Source: Squalus acanthias (Eukaryota). Taken from it: DNA of 64,000 nucleotides. The stretch is taken from the NCBI GenBank assembly GCA_030390025.1, contig CM059432.1, positions 69,814,001 through 69,878,000 of the forward strand, written 5' to 3'. Shown piece after piece: positions 62,917 to 64,000 of this stretch (its first letter is position 1; each line of letters starts with the position of its first letter). The translations under genes were made by a program, and so were the position numbers. The notes beneath the pieces were generated by a model. The model did not search any database. It worked only from the letters and a program-made list of their open reading frames with translations, and was not told where the DNA came from.

Positions 62917-63299
62917 GAGGCCTAATCAATGATTTATAAAGGTTTAGCATAACTTAAATCTGAGTGGTTAAGCTCTCTCTGTTCCTGCACCCCCTTTAAA
63001 ATTGCAAACGTGTTTTTTGTTGATAGTAGGTCGGGACCCTGCTGTGAACCCGTCGCCATGCGCCTTTAGCAAATGTCGGGTCTGCCAGCGCTGAGCAGAC
63101 CCGACACGCAGCAGCGGGGGAGGCAATTAAAATCATTAGTGGCTTGTTTACAGCCACTTAACAATGCTTTCTTCCCAGCTTTTTGAATTTGACAGGTCGC
63201 CCACCGGTTTCCCGCTGTGCCTAGACCTTGTCTGTGAAGCTGAGGCGGGAGGTCACTTGCCATTGTTTCAGCTGCTGAGTTGACAACTTCAAATATCAA

Positions 63300-63525
63300 G
63301 TCAAAGCTTTGATTGCTTCTTGTCCCTTGCCATAACTACTCTAAACCTAATGATATTGTGATCACTGTTATGCAGATGCTCTCCCACTGAAACATGCTCC
63401 ACTTGCCCCACTTTATTCCACAGAAGTAGATCCAGCACTGCTCCCTTCCTCATTGGGCTAGAAATATAATAATCAGGAAAGTTCTCCTGTACAAATTTCA
63501 GAAACTCCTCCCGTCTGCCATCTCT
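63300..63525 (-). mobile_element. CR1 endonuclease fragment
   Basis: EFLKFVQENF...P.R.GAVLDL...VGEHL.NSDHN matches the EN region of the neighbouring CR1. Confidence 0.75.
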
Positions 63526-63742
63526 CAGGACAACTGCAAATTCCATGCCTCCGCCTTCTCACTCAGAGCCGCACACCACTGGAATGTAGGAAATAGCACC
63601 AGGCTTTCTCAGAAGGTGTCAGAAGTGGCTTCCTACCAGGAACAATGAACCTTTTGTAGAAATAAGCAGCTAACCACCTCTTGTGATACTGACCCTCAGA
63701 TTGCATCCAAGAGAAGCACTAGAACAGGTGAAAGATAAGCAT

Positions 63743-63958
63743 TAATACAATAGCAAAATACTGCGGATGCTGGAAATCCGAAATAACAACAGAAAACGCT
63801 GGAAAAACTCAGCAGGCCAGGCAGCATCCGTGGAGAGAGAAAGAGAGTTAACGTTTCAGTCTGATGAAAGGTCATCGACCTGAAACGTTAACTCTCTTTC
63901 TCTCTCCACGGATGCTGCCTGGCCTGCTGAGTTTTTCCAGCGTTTTCTGTTGTTATTT
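63743..63958. mobile_element. Penelope-like fold-back element with hammerhead core, family 1
   Basis: 14-bp direct repeat TGAAAGATAAGCAT (63729-63742 and 63959-63972); perfect 79-bp inverted arms 63781-63859 / 63880-63958; CTGATGA-A-AGGTC.ATC.GACCT-GAAA-CG-TT at 63861-63889. Confidence 0.88.
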
Positions 63959-64000
63959 TGAAAGATAAGCATGTTTATCTACCCAAGGGAAGCACAGTGT

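Noticed and set aside
1..64000. CRISPR array, operon or prokaryotic defence/RT system
   Set aside because: No regularly spaced repeat-spacer array is present. Spliceosomal introns and vertebrate TEs show the DNA is eukaryotic, and all RTs seen are non-LTR retrotransposon type.

Overview
Eukaryotic (vertebrate) genomic DNA. The repeat content (Deu-domain SacSINE1-like SINE, AmnSINE2-like SINE, esterase-ORF1 CR1 LINEs) suggests a cartilaginous fish such as a shark. The window lies inside one large + strand gene. Eight GT-AG exons (35-189, 342-555, 7851-8035, 8568-8778, 29490-29644, 37230-37308, 51540-51674, 53052-53245; 1328 nt) splice in frame into a stop-free run of PLAT/LH2 domains, like LOXHD1 or the long PLAT-containing form of RP1. 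The start and stop codons lie outside the window. The introns are densely packed with nested mobile DNA: (i) many PIF/Harbinger DNA transposons and MITEs with a convergent two-gene layout (intronless DDE transposase plus a 3-exon Myb/SANT partner); (ii) several CR1 LINEs, one with an intact EN-RT frame; (iii) an EN-RT LINE-like element with a tRNA-derived head and a doubled anticodon arm, plus its internally deleted SINE-like derivative; (iv) tiny TSD-flanked Penelope-type elements carrying minimal hammerhead ribozyme cores, from two families; (v) an LTR-like insert and old SINEs. All calls were made by eye; no database searches were run.
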